Positions 50,201 to 63,800 of a stretch of DNA of 64,000 nucleotides are shown here, piece after piece (the first letter of the stretch is position 1; each line of letters opens with the position of its first letter). The position numbers were made by a program, and so were the translations under genes. Under the pieces are notes generated by a model that did no database searches, had not been told where the DNA came from, and saw only the letters and a list, made by a program, of their open reading frames with translations. The DNA lies in contig OZ316899.1 in assembly GCA_973895155.1 (NCBI GenBank), forward strand, positions 5,335,241 to 5,399,240, written 5' to 3'. This DNA is from Marsupella aquatica. Taxonomy: Eukaryota; Plantae; Marchantiophyta.

Positions 50201-51721
50201 TGGCTCAACGAGGAAGTTGAGGATTTATCCCAAGAGCTGGAGGAGGCCAAAGACAAGATGATCGGTTTGCAGAGGCATGCAAATAATCAAACGGAGAAGT
50301 TGCGGAAGTATGCCGAAGTAGGGCACGGATCACCGAGTGGACGGTCTCCCGCTAGTGGCGTGGTAGCCGGGAATACTGAGGTGTCGAAGCCGACATCACT
50401 ATTGTCAAGAGTAACTGGTAGTAAGGCAATGTAGTTGGTTGCAGATCTGACCAAAACATTCATGGGGCCAACAAGTACTTCTGGGGTACTCTCAAGGCCA
50501 CTCCAGAAGAGGTCGAGAGTATGGCCGCTCACATTTGTGGGACTGTTGCTACGAAGGCAGCCGTGGTAGAGATAAGTAATGCCATTGAACTTGGAGCTAA
50601 TGTAACAGGTTCAGACACCGATACAGCCACCATGGACTACCAGAATGTGAAGCTGTGGAAGATCAATACCAAACGTATTGGAGAGCAGGCTTGGATTGAG
50701 GAAGTGAAGCCCAACGCTATCCAAGCCGTTTCCTAGGAGGATGCCGCTGCCATTGCCGATGCCGGGGCCAATAAACCAGAACTCAAAGTCGAGGAAGCCG
50801 AAGGGATCAAGCCAGAGCCGATTGTAGGAGAAGGTGCAGAGTTGGAAGATTCGGGCTTACCCCCGGTCATCTGACAATTAAGGAGGGCCAGTCGTCGGTT
50901 GGAAGGAGGACGTGGCGGTAGGAGAAGGTCTTGGGCCAGAAGGGCGCGGCTGTTGTAGGATGGGACAGGGCAAGTAGCGCCCTGTTGGCTTAGGTAGTAT
51001 TAGATGCTTGATTCCTGTAGAGTTCTGGGTTAGTCAAGTTATGTTTAGGTGAAAGTTAATTAGCTGGATTATCACGGTGGAAGGCCGTGATTTGTGGTTC
51101 GGATTTCCGCCGATTCCCCTGGATGCGCTGCAAGGATAAAAACCTGGGCAGCATGGCTCGAGGGGCTTTTTCTTAGTCAAGACTCTAGTGTAAAGTCAGT
51201 ATTGCTAGCATAAGCTCTCGGCTAAATCTAGACCACGGATTATCAATAAACCACAAATTTCCATTTATGTGCAATTGTTTGAATTGAGTTGGCCTTGTTG
51301 CCTAGTTCGTAGATTCTTGCAATCATGGCGTTGTGTGTTGTGATACTTGTCGCTTGATCGATTTGAGTCAGATAGAGCAATACTGTGAAGCTATACGATC
51401 GCATTGTCTTGATTGGAGACTGCCAAACCAAAATCTGAGAGAAAAGTGAGGATTGAGAGTGTTTTGTTGGTTAAAGTGTGGGTTGAGTCGGTCTGAGAAA
51501 AACCTTCAGCCGGCTTAAGAGATTAAGCCGTAGAGGTACATTTTGGGGGCGGAATACAAACATACCTGACAAAGTCAATTGAGAATTAGGCGTCTCAGCA
51601 ATACACAATTCACAAGCCCAGTGAAAGAATTGGTCCAGCATAGTGTGGATCGGAGAGTAGACCGCGTTTCCAAGCCAAATAGTAGCCAAACCACCATAAG
51701 CCGACCATAAGTAGTGGTTCA
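47216..51721 (+). mobile_element. ~4.5-kb solo-LTR-like insertion related to the LTR at 7375-11378
   Basis: TG...CA ends; splits a minus-strand ORF; carries a homologous accessory gene; shared U5 hairpin at the same distance from the end; no gag/pol. TSD not cleanly recognisable. Confidence 0.75.
47558..50434 (+). pseudogene. Homolog of the LTR-encoded accessory protein (~960 codons, decayed)
   Basis: AAKFW/AIRFW, VGIWEAI/IGFWEAL, VFALPQG/IFGLPEG, NGFFRNQC/NGFVMKTC, EIGKAQVFLVEN/EISAA(Q)VIQVEN; C-terminal coiled coil. Confidence 0.8.
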
Positions 51722-53393
51722 TAGCCAGTTGCAGATGGTTCTTGGGGTTAGAGGTGTTGGGAAACGTGCCACATCTCCAAACACCTCGGCCAATTGTTCC
51801 TTGGAAATGTCTTTGATCTTATGAGGATTAATACCTTCGTTTGGAAGACCAAATGTGGTGTGGAAATACTCTACGTCCTTAACGTAATCTTCAGGATTGC
51901 ATGACTCTACAGGCACCTCCACCTTAGCCTTTCCTTTTAACGCTTTGGTACTCTCAGATAGGGGAGCAGGAGAGTCAATCGTAGCATGGTCCGTACCTAG
52001 GGAAGCAAAAACTTTGGGTTTGCTAGTAGTTCGCGCTCTGCCGCTACGAGGGATAACAGGGTGTGGGACAACTATCTCCTTTTCTCCTAACTGAATGGTA
52101 GAAGTTGGAGGAGCTTCTGGCTTATTAGTTGACACATCCATGACGCATCCATGACTACATGAAGGTATCACTGAGGAAAGCTAGTGTTCAATGGTGAAAA
52201 CTTCAACTACCATCGGGCGCACAACTATAGTAATTACCTCAGGGCTGTTGCGGATTGAAAATGGATGTTCAATCACCAATGACTTGCAGGTAAAGTTTCC
52301 TCCATTGGCTTCAGGCCAACCGCGCGCCCTGCATCCAATTTATACAAATGATGAGTCACTTTAAAAGGTTCGATTACTGAGAAGGCTTGTACTCAATCTG
52401 TGATTCATTGGTATAGTTGTTTGAAAACTACAAACAGGGCGCTATGACCTATCGGAAGTCAGCTAAGGGAACCAAAACAAATCTAGCCATTGTTTTGAGA
52501 GTTTCATGATTGCGCAAACCAAACCTCAGGCGGTCAGTGGAAGCTTAAGACACATCTGAAGAATAGATTTCTGATATAGCTGTTCAATTCAAACTTAATC
52601 CAGAATTTGCAAATGACGTTTAACATACCAAGCTATTGTACAGTTCGACTGTCAAAAAAGCTCCCCTCAATTTGAACTTCCCTCACTACCTTGCTTGTGT
52701 TGCCAACAAAGCTCCTTTCAAACCTCCTCCACTGACTGCCAATGTCTAGCTTCAAGCTATTTCACAATGAAAGCTCCCTTGTATTCTCAATGGTCTCAAT
52801 GGTTTGAACGAGAGTCCTCTAAATCAATTGCAATCAATGTGACTCAATGCGTCCATGGAAGGTAGACCTCAGATTATCTTGCTAACCATTGTTGCTCTCC
52901 CTTCCTCACCCGACGTTGAAACGTTCACTACTTTCTAATTTTGGCAACTATGGTTTTCAAGCTCGGTTTTCACCATCAAAAAGTTTGAGAAATTGTGGAA
53001 TGCTGATAAAACTTGCCGCGTCCGCAAGTCCTTACCACTATTGTCATTGTCGCGGCTAGGATGGAAGGACTCGGAGTCCTTGTTTTCAAATAGTCCTTGA
53101 CGACGGGGGACAATAGGACATAATTATTGTCCACTTTCCAAAGTCAATTCATGCAAGCTACTTCCCCGAGGATATTTATTAAACACTTCTCGCATGTAAG
53201 TACTTTATGACTTAAATTAGGCTACTAAATCCAAAAATGGTTATAATGGAATCATTTCTCAATCATTTAATTCTAGCCTTTGATCTGTGAATTTTCAATC
53301 TTGGCCATTGAGGGATATGTTGCACATTTAATGCAACATGGAAAGGACTTGAGTCCTTGTCTAGGAGAAAAAAGGACAAAAATGGTAGTCCTC

Positions 53394-56300
53394 AATCATG
53401 CAATCCACTGCCAGAAGCAGCGAGGAATGTGAGGCAATTGTATAACTACGCAATGCTATGCTACTTCATCAAGAGAATGCCACCTCTATCTGTCTTCAAA
53501 AACTAGGTGGAAGAGGTGATGATGAACAGAGTGAACTGGCCGATACTACAAGATGAAGTTTGTATATAGGGAGGAACTTCTACATGGTGGTCTTTGAAAA
53601 TCCTTACCATTGCAATCTTGCACTCAACTACGCACCTTGGTTTATAGAGCGTCGGTATGCATATACATTCCCTTGGGATCCTGCATTTGATGTTAAATGT
53701 GAGAGCTTCACCAAACTACCAATCTGGATCGAGATCCCTTTTTGTGCTCTTGCATTGGAAGGTTGCAGGAGGAAGATAGCCAATACATTGGGGACCTTGC
53801 TCTACTACATCCAGGGCAGCCAATTCAGCTCATACCCATAGGATAGAGCTTGCATCCTATGGGACACTGATAGGGAAGTGCCCTCTAGTGTGAGAATACA
53901 AATTAGAGATGACATTGTGATTTGGCAACTAGTGACGTTTAAAAATATCCCTTAGTTAGTTACCACTGCTATAAATGCAACCAAAGAGGACATCTAACAT
54001 GCAACTATAAAGAGGAGCCTGGTTTGGGATACAAGCCTTGAGAGGGTGGAGACGGGGGGTATCCACCGGATGAGAAGGATGATGAACATCATTCTGAGGC
54101 AGATCCAAAGGAGGTACGCAAAGCTACAGCCAATGCTGAGGCGAGGGCTCTTTTTTGTGCAACAGTTGTTGCCCCATCTCTGCTTGTTCCCGTGCCTATT
54201 TCCTTGCCGGTGGTTGCTGACATCGCCCAAACAGAGAGCCTTATTTGGATTCCAACTTCCCAGAGAGGAGAAATACCATCTCTTGTGCAAACGCATTTGG
54301 GACACAACGACCCTGCTATGGTCCCCCTGATGGGAGTGGAGCACATGCCTTGGAGAGTTGTGACCCCACCTGTTAGTGCCTGTGGGATCCCTAACTCACA
54401 AGTACTCCTGCCAATTAAGATGATCAAACCCCCCTCTAGCCCGGGTCCACCTCTTGACCCCTTGGCACCAAGCTTTGGCCCAGCTATTATTCTCCCTGGG
54501 GCACCAGCTAGCTTGAGTGCGGCTTGCCTCCCCATCTCCACCAGGGAGTCGGGAGAGGATGAGAAATTTTCATTCCACGAGGGTTCTGATGTAGAGATGT
54601 CAGAGTATGAAGAATAAAGTTTAAGGCCCAAGCACACAAACAGGAGCTACGCACCCCCCCAACTGATAGATCGGAGAAAAGCAAGGGTGAGGCTAAGAAA
54701 CAAAGATCACTCAATTTCTCACAAGGATTCTTATCTGATGTAGGAGTGAGTCTGTCAAGAAAGTCCAAGGAAGGAGGGGACCCCTTGCAAGTTGACTTGA
54801 GGATGTTTAATTTGCTGGCCCAATGCTTGCACTGATCTGCTTGAGTATGGTTGGGAATGACTCTCCTACCCTCTGGATACATGAGTGGACCAACAAGTTA
54901 CCAAGCTTGTACAAGAGTGTCCCCAGGTGGGACGCAACCGGCTCTAACAGCTCCATAACTAGGGGCAGGGAGACCTTGCTATGCAATTACACTGCATAAG
55001 CAGGAGATGGCAGATCTTTTTAGGCTGGCATTGTCAAATGTTTGTGGCCTTTGCAAGCCAAATCGCAAGCATGTGGTCAAGAAATGGGTGAAATCATTGA
55101 AGACACCATTGAATCTTCTTGCATTACAGGAAGTTAAAACTGATCAGTTTTGCTTAGACATGGCGTTGAGAGAAATCATGCCTGACTACCAACACTTCTC
55201 TTCTATGCCAAATGAGGGCCGTGGGGGAACAACTCTTTTGGTCCACCCAAAGCTTGAGGTGGTTGGATCAAGAATTATGGACCTAGGATGCGCTTTGTGG
55301 GTGGTGGTGGACAAGGAAGCTGGGAAGATGGACTTGCATGTGTTTATGCCCCCAACTTGTCCAAATTAAGAGCATTGCTTTGGAATGACCTCAAGACGAT
55401 GCTCCCACAATATGACTGGATTGTGTGGGGGGAACTCAACATGATAGAGCGCAGGTCGGACTCTACTTGTAATTTGCCACTGATACAAGGAAGAGAGGCG
55501 GAGATCTAGAGATTTCTTAAAATGCGGCTTGATATGGTGGACGCTTGGGACATCAAAGGAGCTGCTATTGGCCCCAATTTCACATGGAGACAATTTTGGA
55601 GTGGGGAGTTGGTGCAGTCAAGGCTGGACCATTTTTACCTAAGTGAGAAAGGATGGTGGATAGGAGAACTGGTTGAGCTCATACATGAGGTGGCTCCGCT
55701 CTATTAGATCATGATCCGGTGCTAATGCATGTGAGGCTTGCAGGGCCTAGAGTGAAGGGGAAGAGAGGGAATACCAAACTTTTTATGGCTAAAACGGCTT
55801 TACTGAGGAGCAATGACGATCTGCAATTGTTGGAAGAAGCTTGGATGAAAGGAAGAGAGAACTTTGCAGACCCTCACCTTCAATTTGCAAAGGGATGTGT
55901 CCAATTGCGGAACACCTACAGGCAACTTCAAGCCAGGCCTCAAACAACGAAGATGGAGCTGGCTTTTTTTAGAGCACGGTTGCGTGCTCTTAAACTATCC
56001 ATTTTGGAGCTTGGGGGGGTCACTACATGGAGGGTCATACATCGCATGCGACGTTTTAGAATTTGACCCCCCTAACTTATAAGTGAAATTATTATTTTTG
56101 CAAAACCCTTTTTTTCTTTAAATTTTGTCATTTTTTACTAAAAAACCCCTAAAAACTTTAAAGAAAATATTTTTTACAATTAAATAGGCTTATGCGTTCT
56201 TTAAAGTTGATTAGTCAATAAAACATGCCCTATGTGTTCTTCCACCAAACTTTGGAAGTCTTCCGCCACAGCTATTTAAATGGGCCTATACTTTGTTGCA

Positions 56301-57817
56301 CGTGATGTGCCACTTCCGTGGAAGTGACCCCCTGAGTTTTGGAGGCACATTGTGCCTCTGAAATTACATAGTACATGGAGGTGGAGGATTTTTTGCATCT
56401 GACAGAGATTGTGGAAGCTTAGAGGGGCCAAAGACTTGTGAGAGTTAAGTTTTTGCTACTCTGAGAGCAAAGAGATCCAGAGAAGCTATGAGATCCTTGA
56501 TTAGTGATGATGGGAGGGTGATTGATGACCTATGTGAGATCCTTAGTGAGGTTGAGGCATTCTATAAGGGCCTGTATTCGCCTCCGGATCTAACATCGAT
56601 TGAAGTGGTGGAGCAAGGGAGAGCTAGAACATGCTTATTACAAAATACTAGATTTGCATTATCTACTTCGGAGATATTGCAGATGGAGGAGCTTCCATCC
56701 TTCCAGGAGGTGAAGGATGTATTGTGGCTTATGGCAAGTGATAAATCCCCTGGACCAGACGGCTTAACAGCAGAGGTGTACTGGGCCTGTTGGGGATTCA
56801 TGGTAGAGATCTGGTTGATGTGATATAGGAATTCTAGCTTTCAGGTGTCCTCAATGGTGGGATTTGTGAGGGGATTTTTAAATTCATACCAAAGAAACCA
56901 GATAAACATCACTTAAAAGACTGGAGACCAACTGACAATGCTAAACACAATGTATAAAATCATTGCCAAGATCCTTGTTCTACGCCTAAAACCTCTCCTT
57001 CATAAGGTTATCAGCCCTCAACAGACGGGCTTCATTCCAGGGCGGCACATCCTTGAGAATATTTCTCTTGCAATGTTAACATGTGATTGGGTGCAAAATA
57101 GGAAGAGTGAAGCACTATTTCTGAAGCTTGATTTTGAAAAGGCCTTTGACATGGTCTGCAATGACTACATTAGGAGTGTATGCATTTGGTTGGGTTCAGT
57201 GGGCACTTTATCATGCTAGTGAAAGCACTGTTGGCAAAAGCTACCTCTAAAGCACTGGTAAATGAATTCCTCTTAGAAAAGGTGTAACTCAAGCATGGAG
57301 TGCAACAAGGATGCCCACTCTCACCACTTTTATTTGTAATCTCCACACAGCCACTAATGGACTTCCTTGATGCAGAGATTGACGAAGGGCAACTCAGAGT
57401 CCGACCGCAAATCACAAAGGACCTCATGATTTGCTACAAACTATTTGAAGATGATGTTGGCATGTTCATCCCAGCTATAGAGAAGGACTTTGAGGATGCA
57501 AGGTTGGCACTGGAATGTTACAAGATTGCCAGCGGCGCCAAACTGAATCTAGAAAACTCTATGGTTATTCCATTGGCCTTGGAGGCAATTCCGGGATGGC
57601 TAACTAACACTGGATGTATTATCAGTCAAAAGGGTGAGGTACAAAAATACTTGGGTGTGCCATTAGGTGTGGGTTTGCATATAGAACAGTTGTGCAAATT
57701 CTGTTTAGACAAGATCAGCTCTCGTCTTTCTGCCTTGGTGAACAACCTGTTGTCCTTCATAGGTAGAACCCTTTTGGTTAAGCATATTTTGCAAGCAATT
57801 CCTATATATCATGTGAT
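53394..57817 (+). mobile_element. L1-clade LINE, decayed and truncated at both ends
   Basis: ORF1 DUF4283-like (APWF, LPIWIEIP) plus CYKC..H knuckle; ORF2 endonuclease (LALQEVK, VYAPN, SRLDHFY, DHDPV) and RT (KSPGPDG, LKLDFEKAFD, QGCPLSP, KYLG). Confidence 0.93.
56013..56332. mobile_element. AT-rich MITE-like insertion in LINE ORF2
   Basis: Imperfect TIR GGGGGTCACTACATGGA / GGGGGTCACTTCCACGGA around an AT-rich non-coding core that interrupts ORF2. Confidence 0.6.
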
Positions 57818-60800
57818 GGGTCATTGTAACATGCGAGGAAACAGTACAAAAATTCCTCGCACGGGAACATTTTCTCCTCCATATATGCAAAATCTGGCAT
57901 GGTTATCACCTTGCTAGCATGACTTGAAACTTGCTAGGACAAAACCAATCTATTAAACAATAGAAAATTCACTATTCCACTCAATAACAAAACCTATCGT
58001 GGATGGTACATTTGTACATATCACGTATTTCACGCACAACTGGCCACTCAAAGCAACAATAAGTGACCATACTATTTGAACGTACGTCAGGCCAGCAAAA
58101 TCGCTAGTAATTGTGCCACCCATGATTCTCGCACAAACTTTGGTGTGTGGTCCTTAACGACGTGAAACAATCATCATGATAACGGACAGGGAATAATTTT
58201 TTTGACTTAAACAATCTTGGGAGCGCATCCAAGGACAGAATCCAAAGCTTCATCCAGCCGTCGAGCGTGACACCCGCAACAGACATGATCGTAGCACACC
58301 CAATAGACAAGATCCCAAACCGTTGGGAAGGATCAATCTCCCGCTATCCACCATCCCCTATATCTCCCTCGCACCTTCAGAAACATTTCCATTCATTCCA
58401 TTTTGGACACTCTTTTGGGCTCTCTTTCTGTTCGACGCGAGACTCGAAGCGCGCTTCTCTTGTTGTCTTTGCGGGAGTCAAAGCCCTGTCATGACTTGTG
58501 CTACTATCGTCACAACATTACATCAAGTTCCTCCTCAATCACAAGCACAATAGATTTGGTAGTCGGATCCGGATTGAGGTATCTTCGTTCTCTGTCATCT
58601 GTTTCCCACCTGCTGTTTGGTATTCTCTCAGGTACTCGTTGTCATCCACTTTCTGGTTTGTCAACATAAGTAGACCTTGCATAAGATTGTAAGTAATCTG
58701 AATTGCATTAGTTTTTGTTACAGGGAGAAATGGCACGGAACGAGAGTAGAGCTCCTCCAAAATGGATTCTCGAAGTCCGGCAATATAACGCCAAAACGGA
58801 GGGTCCACTAGACTCCCCGCCAAGGTCCCCTCCACCAAAGCAGAGTACGTTCAACACTGTAGTGAAGAGCAATACATCTCCTTCCAGTTGCGTGGCTCCC
58901 GTCGTCTCCAAGGACTCAAAGGTTGTCGCACCTTCTAAAGAGACATTGTCCAAGGCGGTCTCCCGAACACCATTGTCTTCTTGCTCAAATGTCCCTGTCT
59001 CTAAGGGGGTTTTTGAGAAGCGCAAGAGAGAAGAGGAGGAGTCATACTGGAGGGACCTCGAGATCCACAACTATTGGACAGAAAACGTACTCGCTTCCTC
59101 CGACTATGATACAGTCTCCGACTCTGATTCCAACGTGTACAAGGCATCGAGCCCTTAAACAGAAGTCCAATATCAGTAGTCCATCTTCTAGGGGGGATAG
59201 ACATTTTGTAACAGTGTATTGTATCCTGAGTCTGGTCCCTGGACCTTGGAGTTGCAAAGAGTTCTTGGACATTTCATGTGTAACAAAGTTATATGTCAGA
59301 ACATCTTTGTTCATTTTGCAATAAAATCTTGAGAAGTTTGTCTGATTGTAATGTTCCAACCTGTCCTATTATTGCTAGCAACATCACTAGTAAAACTATG
59401 CATGACTACAATGGTTTGTTTTCTCGCACACATGAGTTATGGAACTCTAAGTTAAGTAGATCTTTGTCGAACAGTACCCGTTTAGCACAAAACCAAAAAC
59501 AGTTACTTCACAAGTTTAATGCCAGTGACATTCCTAGCAAAATAAACAACAATGTGGACACTTACTAAATTGTAATAGACCCTTGCTAACATTACATACA
59601 CAATATAATTAGTGAGGTAGAGGACCTTCCTTTGTTCTGAAAACCAGAAGGTGACAAAATGAGGGACGCGGAAACGTTCACCTCAACGGATAATAGAGAT
59701 TAAGTCAACTACACTGCAAGATAATCAAACTCCTCACTTCAGCAACAGTCAGAATTGGCTGCTTCACAAGATCATCTCTCTCTAGATTCAGTGAAAACTT
59801 ATTTAAGTACACCCACAAGAGGTGTTTACAAGACATGTAGAGTCTTCCTCTGGTGTGTCTCTTGTAGAAGGGTGTGTCTCTTGTAGAAGTTATCACATGA
59901 ACAAGAAGGAAAGCAACACACTTGGACCCAGTATTGGTGTGCAATTTTAGAATCTGTCTCGTGAGTGACAATAAGATATTGCCATCCCCACCCATTTCCA
60001 AGGCATATCTTCTCACTTCCAATGACTCTCATATGTTTGTCAATCGCAGATCGAATGCATTTATGAAGCTCCGGGGTGTTCTGGAAATGTTGACGAACGC
60101 CTTTCCCATTCCAGGTCTTGAATCTACGGTTTGGACAACCAATGTCAACTCTTTCTAGGAAGGCGTTCACATCAATTCGGAGGTCAACACAATTTGGAGA
60201 AGAGAATGACCCGATCGGTGTTGGATCAGAGTATGATAATCCTCTGATTTGAAACCCGTTTCAAAGAAGAAAGACAATCTCTGTTGGGGTCAACCTGGTC
60301 CCTCGCTGGACCTGCAATGCCTCAGGTGGTTCCGGAAGCTGGGCAAGAGTCCTTCTGCCACCTATTATTTGGACAGAAGTACAGAAGCTGACAATGTGGA
60401 GAGGACAACCTCAATCCGTGAATGGCAACACCAACCACTCCAGCCTGCAATGCCTTCAATCCAGTTTCTTTGATGAGATTCCTGCACTCATCTTTTCCAA
60501 ACACACTTCGGTCCACTCATCCGTTGCAAACAGGTCCACTCCCTTTTCCACTCCGCCTCAAGTGCCAGGTCCCATATGTCACATCAACCTCTTCAATAAA
60601 AGGGATCCTTCGGGGTGCATCCCAAATTTCATCCCAATTATTTTGAGACGGTGGAATTTCTCCAACATAGTTCGGGTCCTGTGTTGCATCTCCACGGCTT
60701 TGTTCTTCACCATCATCTGATATATTAATAACTTCACAAGGGAGGGGAGGTCTAAGGCAAGTGGGATTGTCTTCATTGTCAGGAAAGTTAGAAGGTCCAC

Positions 60801-63800
60801 CAATATCAGAAGCACCGCTAAAGTTACTAAATTCGGTGTAAAGATTTCTTCTTTTCAAACTAGACAGCGACGCCACTATGCGCAATATCTTATCATGTCG
60901 ATGAGAATTGTTTTCATGAATAGAAGCAGAAGTACTACCCTTCCTTTTTCCTGACGTTGTTCTAAGATCTCCATGTAAAGGCACTATTCTATAGAACTCA
61001 TATTTTCCCGAGGATTCAAATAGTAGATTGGATGCCTTCTCATAGGCATCCAATGACCCCATTGTATCTGCATTTCTATAGGCCAACTCAAATATTGTAG
61101 GACCATTGCCACGATGACACCCTTCCAAGTATGCAGTGAACGCTGCAATTTGTCCAGCTGCTCGATTCTGGTCAACTTCACAGGCTTCCATCAAACCAAT
61201 TTTCTTCTTCGGCTGGCAGGAACGCATTGATGCGTGAGAAGATTCAGCTCCCGCACAGTTTGGCATCAAAGTAGACTCCTTCGCAGTTTGCGTCTGGAAA
61301 ATAAATAGAGTTAACACTTGTATTCACTAGCGATATGTCTAGGTTGAGGCATACTCATGTTTGAGTCAGTGACAGAAAAACCTTTACGAAAAGAAGTATT
61401 ATGGCTAGCGATCTCGCTAGCTTTAATGCATCGTAGATAATGGCCAATACTTACCACCCAAATAAAGTTACCCCATTGTCTCCACCGCACAACCCACCAT
61501 GAAATCCACCCTTGGAGTGATTTAAGCTTGGAAGGGTGACAATTCCCTTCTTTCCACCATTTCTGAATGTCGTCGGCTATACGATATGCTTTGACGTATG
61601 TTGGAGCAATTCTTAACTTCTCCCACATCTTATAGTGCTCCGCATGACATCCCTCCTTGATTCCCTCCAAAGTGTGTCTTCTGAGGGATTGAGAGAAATC
61701 ACTATGCTCTTTCATTGGATTTCTGACACCCCCAAAAAATCCCTTCAAACAGCAATCCAGCCAACCTCCGCATTGTCTGCTATGAATCCTCCAATAATGG
61801 GATTATTCACTCCATTCTCGGATGCAACATCTACCATTAACCTCCACTCAGTCTCAAGCGACTTTGTGTCTTCGGCTCTCAACTCACAAGTGAAAATTGT
61901 ACACAGAGCGCGGTAATTATGGTCATACACGTGTGCGCTGAAGGTCAACCATCCAGTAGTGATATGATGCACCACGTCAAAACTCACCCAAGAACCTTCC
62001 AAAACTCCTCTAGACTCCATGCTCCTCAAAATTTCCACACCAGATCCAAGACCATTTGTACTCATTTTGAATACATGCGCTCGATCATTTATGTTTCCTT
62101 GACCAGGAAACAGGTACCTTTGCACGAAAGGGAAATTATTACATGATTGCATTTCATGAAGTGAGTCAAGTTCTCCTTTTTGGGGATTATCCATCTTCAC
62201 ACTGCGAAGAATAGCATGGAACTTTGGATCGGTCAAAACCACTCCAATGAAACTCCAAATTTCTTTATGTTCTTCTCTCGACAACTGAGCCGATGATTTT
62301 GAATGCAATAGGGAGACTAGGTTCCCAATTGACTGGTTTCTCAGACGTGCGGGAGTTGAGACTGGATTCAACCTATGGACCCCTAAAACAACATCTTCCG
62401 CTATTTTTCTTGGAGAACAAGATTTTCCCTTCCAAACGTGGTGGTCATGGAATCCCATATGCACAGCCAATCTAGACATATGCATTGAAATGTGACTCTC
62501 CAAACCTGGCTTAGGGTATACATACAAGAGTTTTGCCGGGCAATCTCAAATATAGAAAGGCCTCTCTTCACAGAAGCCACAGATGAGTCCGCCCTCACTC
62601 ACTTGCTCTCCAAGATGAAAGATGTCAGCCAGCAACCCTTTCCCTCTAAAAGCGCAGTCACTTTTCACTCCAGTATGTTTCAACTTCCGGCAACCCAAAT
62701 TATGGCATTCAAGAATGCCAGCGCAACGGACTTTCGACATAGCACAATGAAACCTATGTCTTTGGAAGGCGTCCCAAGATCGATCATAGGAGTTTGATTA
62801 CCAATAGCTAAATCCACCGGTTCTAGAATGACATCAAGAAAGTTGTCTTTACTGGACAGAACCTTGACATAAGATCCAACCTTTAGTGTCTAGACTTTGG
62901 GGGAAGTACTATTGTCCTCTCTCAACTTGTGACTCTGTGTTCCATTTTGAGAATACAACTCAAACAACTTCGTGATGAGGTCATCTTTTGGGATTCCAAA
63001 ATGAGTTGCAAGGAATGACTCTGTCACCCTCACCTCCGACGAACCAGGGATACTTGGCAGTACAACCATGTCTCCCGTGATTCTATGCTCCAAAACCACC
63101 TTGGAATTCATCGATATCATCTCTTCTCAAGATACAAAAAATAAAACGACTATGTTTTGAATTGTCCATACAACTCTTATTTGGAGGACCAAAACTTTGT
63201 TCATCCCAATGGAAACAACACATCGACCAAATTGTCAGATAGTTCCCGTTGATTTGACTGTGATTGTCTTTTAATTTACTCAACGTATTGGGATGGTTCC
63301 CATGCTAGCAGTCTTGCTAGCTTGGGTATGCATGTTTTTGGACAAATGTCCCGTTGATTTTGACCTATTTTGAAGGAGATCTGTATCATGGCTTTTATGC
63401 CAGCGATATCGCTAGCCAAAAAGTAAATCCAATGTTTACAAATTTTACCGTTAGGATTCCGTTGGGAATAGTCAACGGGTACCATAATGTCAACGGTACA
63501 AATTATGGTTGACACCTGTACCATTTTGTATGGATAAGATTATCCCTATCGTGAAGGTTGTTCTTTGGGTTTTCCAAAAAGTACAACTAGTGGTCTCTAC
63601 CAGGAGATTTCTATTATTCCTTCCATCATACTATCGATCGGTGTCAGTATAGATTCACTATCATAACTGTGTAAGGCTTTGTCGGGAGTTCCTAACAGTT
63701 TGTACAGCTGTCCTATTTCTCCTAAAGGCGGTGCGATATGGACATTTTTCATGCGTGCAACTGCTGCAGTCTCCGGACACGACCACTCTTCTCCGAAGGG

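Larger units (their letters stand above)
31990..52171 (-). pseudogene. Multi-exon gene with a TE-accessory-type domain, coiled coil and RING-H2 finger, split by CACTA 2 and the 4.5-kb insertion
   Basis: 51722-52171 (..TFGLPNEG..CNWL) continues at ~47217 (QGITGEKDRNGYNLSLC), then 45154-45920 and 44285-45080 (CPIC..CGHMYHPHC..CFAC). The last codons resume left of 32036. Confidence 0.65.

Noticed and set aside
51490-51640. Hammerhead or other self-cleaving ribozyme
   Set aside because: No correctly arranged CUGANGA/GAAA core, and none in the homologous region at 7530-7650.
59237-59280. Myb/GARP domain (PWTLELQRVL)
   Set aside because: Too short, and no downstream SHAQKY-type helix.
129-63524. 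Numerous short antisense or alternate-frame ORFs in the track
   Set aside because: They overlap recognisable TE genes on the other strand or frame and have no independent motifs.
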